Shown here: positions 63,806 through 64,000 of the stretch, in pieces
How the letters are laid out: each line of letters begins with the position of its first letter
Position numbering within the stretch: the first letter of the stretch is position 1
Origin: Lingula anatina
Lineage: Eukaryota; Animalia; Brachiopoda
Direction: 5' to 3'
Length of the DNA stretch: 64,000 bases
Assembly: GCA_051362555.1 (NCBI GenBank)
Contig: CM120641.1
Location: 1,240,001-1,304,000 of the forward strand
Notes under the pieces: generated by a model
Database searches by the model: none
What the model was told of the DNA's origin: nothing
Seen by the model: the letters and a program-made list of their open reading frames with translations, nothing else
Translations under genes and position numbers: made by a program

Positions 63806-64000
63806 AGAACTAGTGGTAGTATAGCCTACTTCAGTAGGTTCATAACAGATCAAGGTGACAAGCTAAATTGTTATTTCATATTTTGTTAGAAACCGGGAAA
63901 AAGATATGAAACACCTTCTTAACACTTTGTTTGGTTATTTTAAAACGAAAATTTTCTACGACGAAAACGACAAAAAATCTTTGATAAGATATATTACCTT

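Overview
AT-rich, intron-rich animal genomic DNA, probably from an invertebrate (lophotrochozoan-like, by inference). The core is a spliced SDCCAG8 orthologue (+ strand, CDS 18703-43284, at least 17 hand-assembled exons) behind a probably bidirectional housekeeping promoter. Three antisense TRIM-type genes are nested in its introns: a tail-anchored RING-B-box-B-box protein, a RING-less tail-anchored B-box protein, and a 4-exon TRIM-NHL gene. Downstream lie a 7-exon four-TM protein with a tyrosine-motif-rich tail and a tandem duplication carrying two intronless type-II-membrane SAM-methyltransferase genes. Mobile DNA comprises an apparently intact L2-like LINE, a 5'-truncated and inverted Penelope-like element (12-bp TSD, two hammerhead-ribozyme motifs), three ~3.2-3.4 kb Helentron-type non-autonomous elements (HINEs), several MITEs and a P-element-like footprint. 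Each HINE carries 14-15 copies of a 146-bp satellite packed with nuclear-receptor AGGTCA response-element motifs. Exon structures were built by eye from GT/AG sites and reading-frame phase. Family calls come from motif recognition, not database searches.
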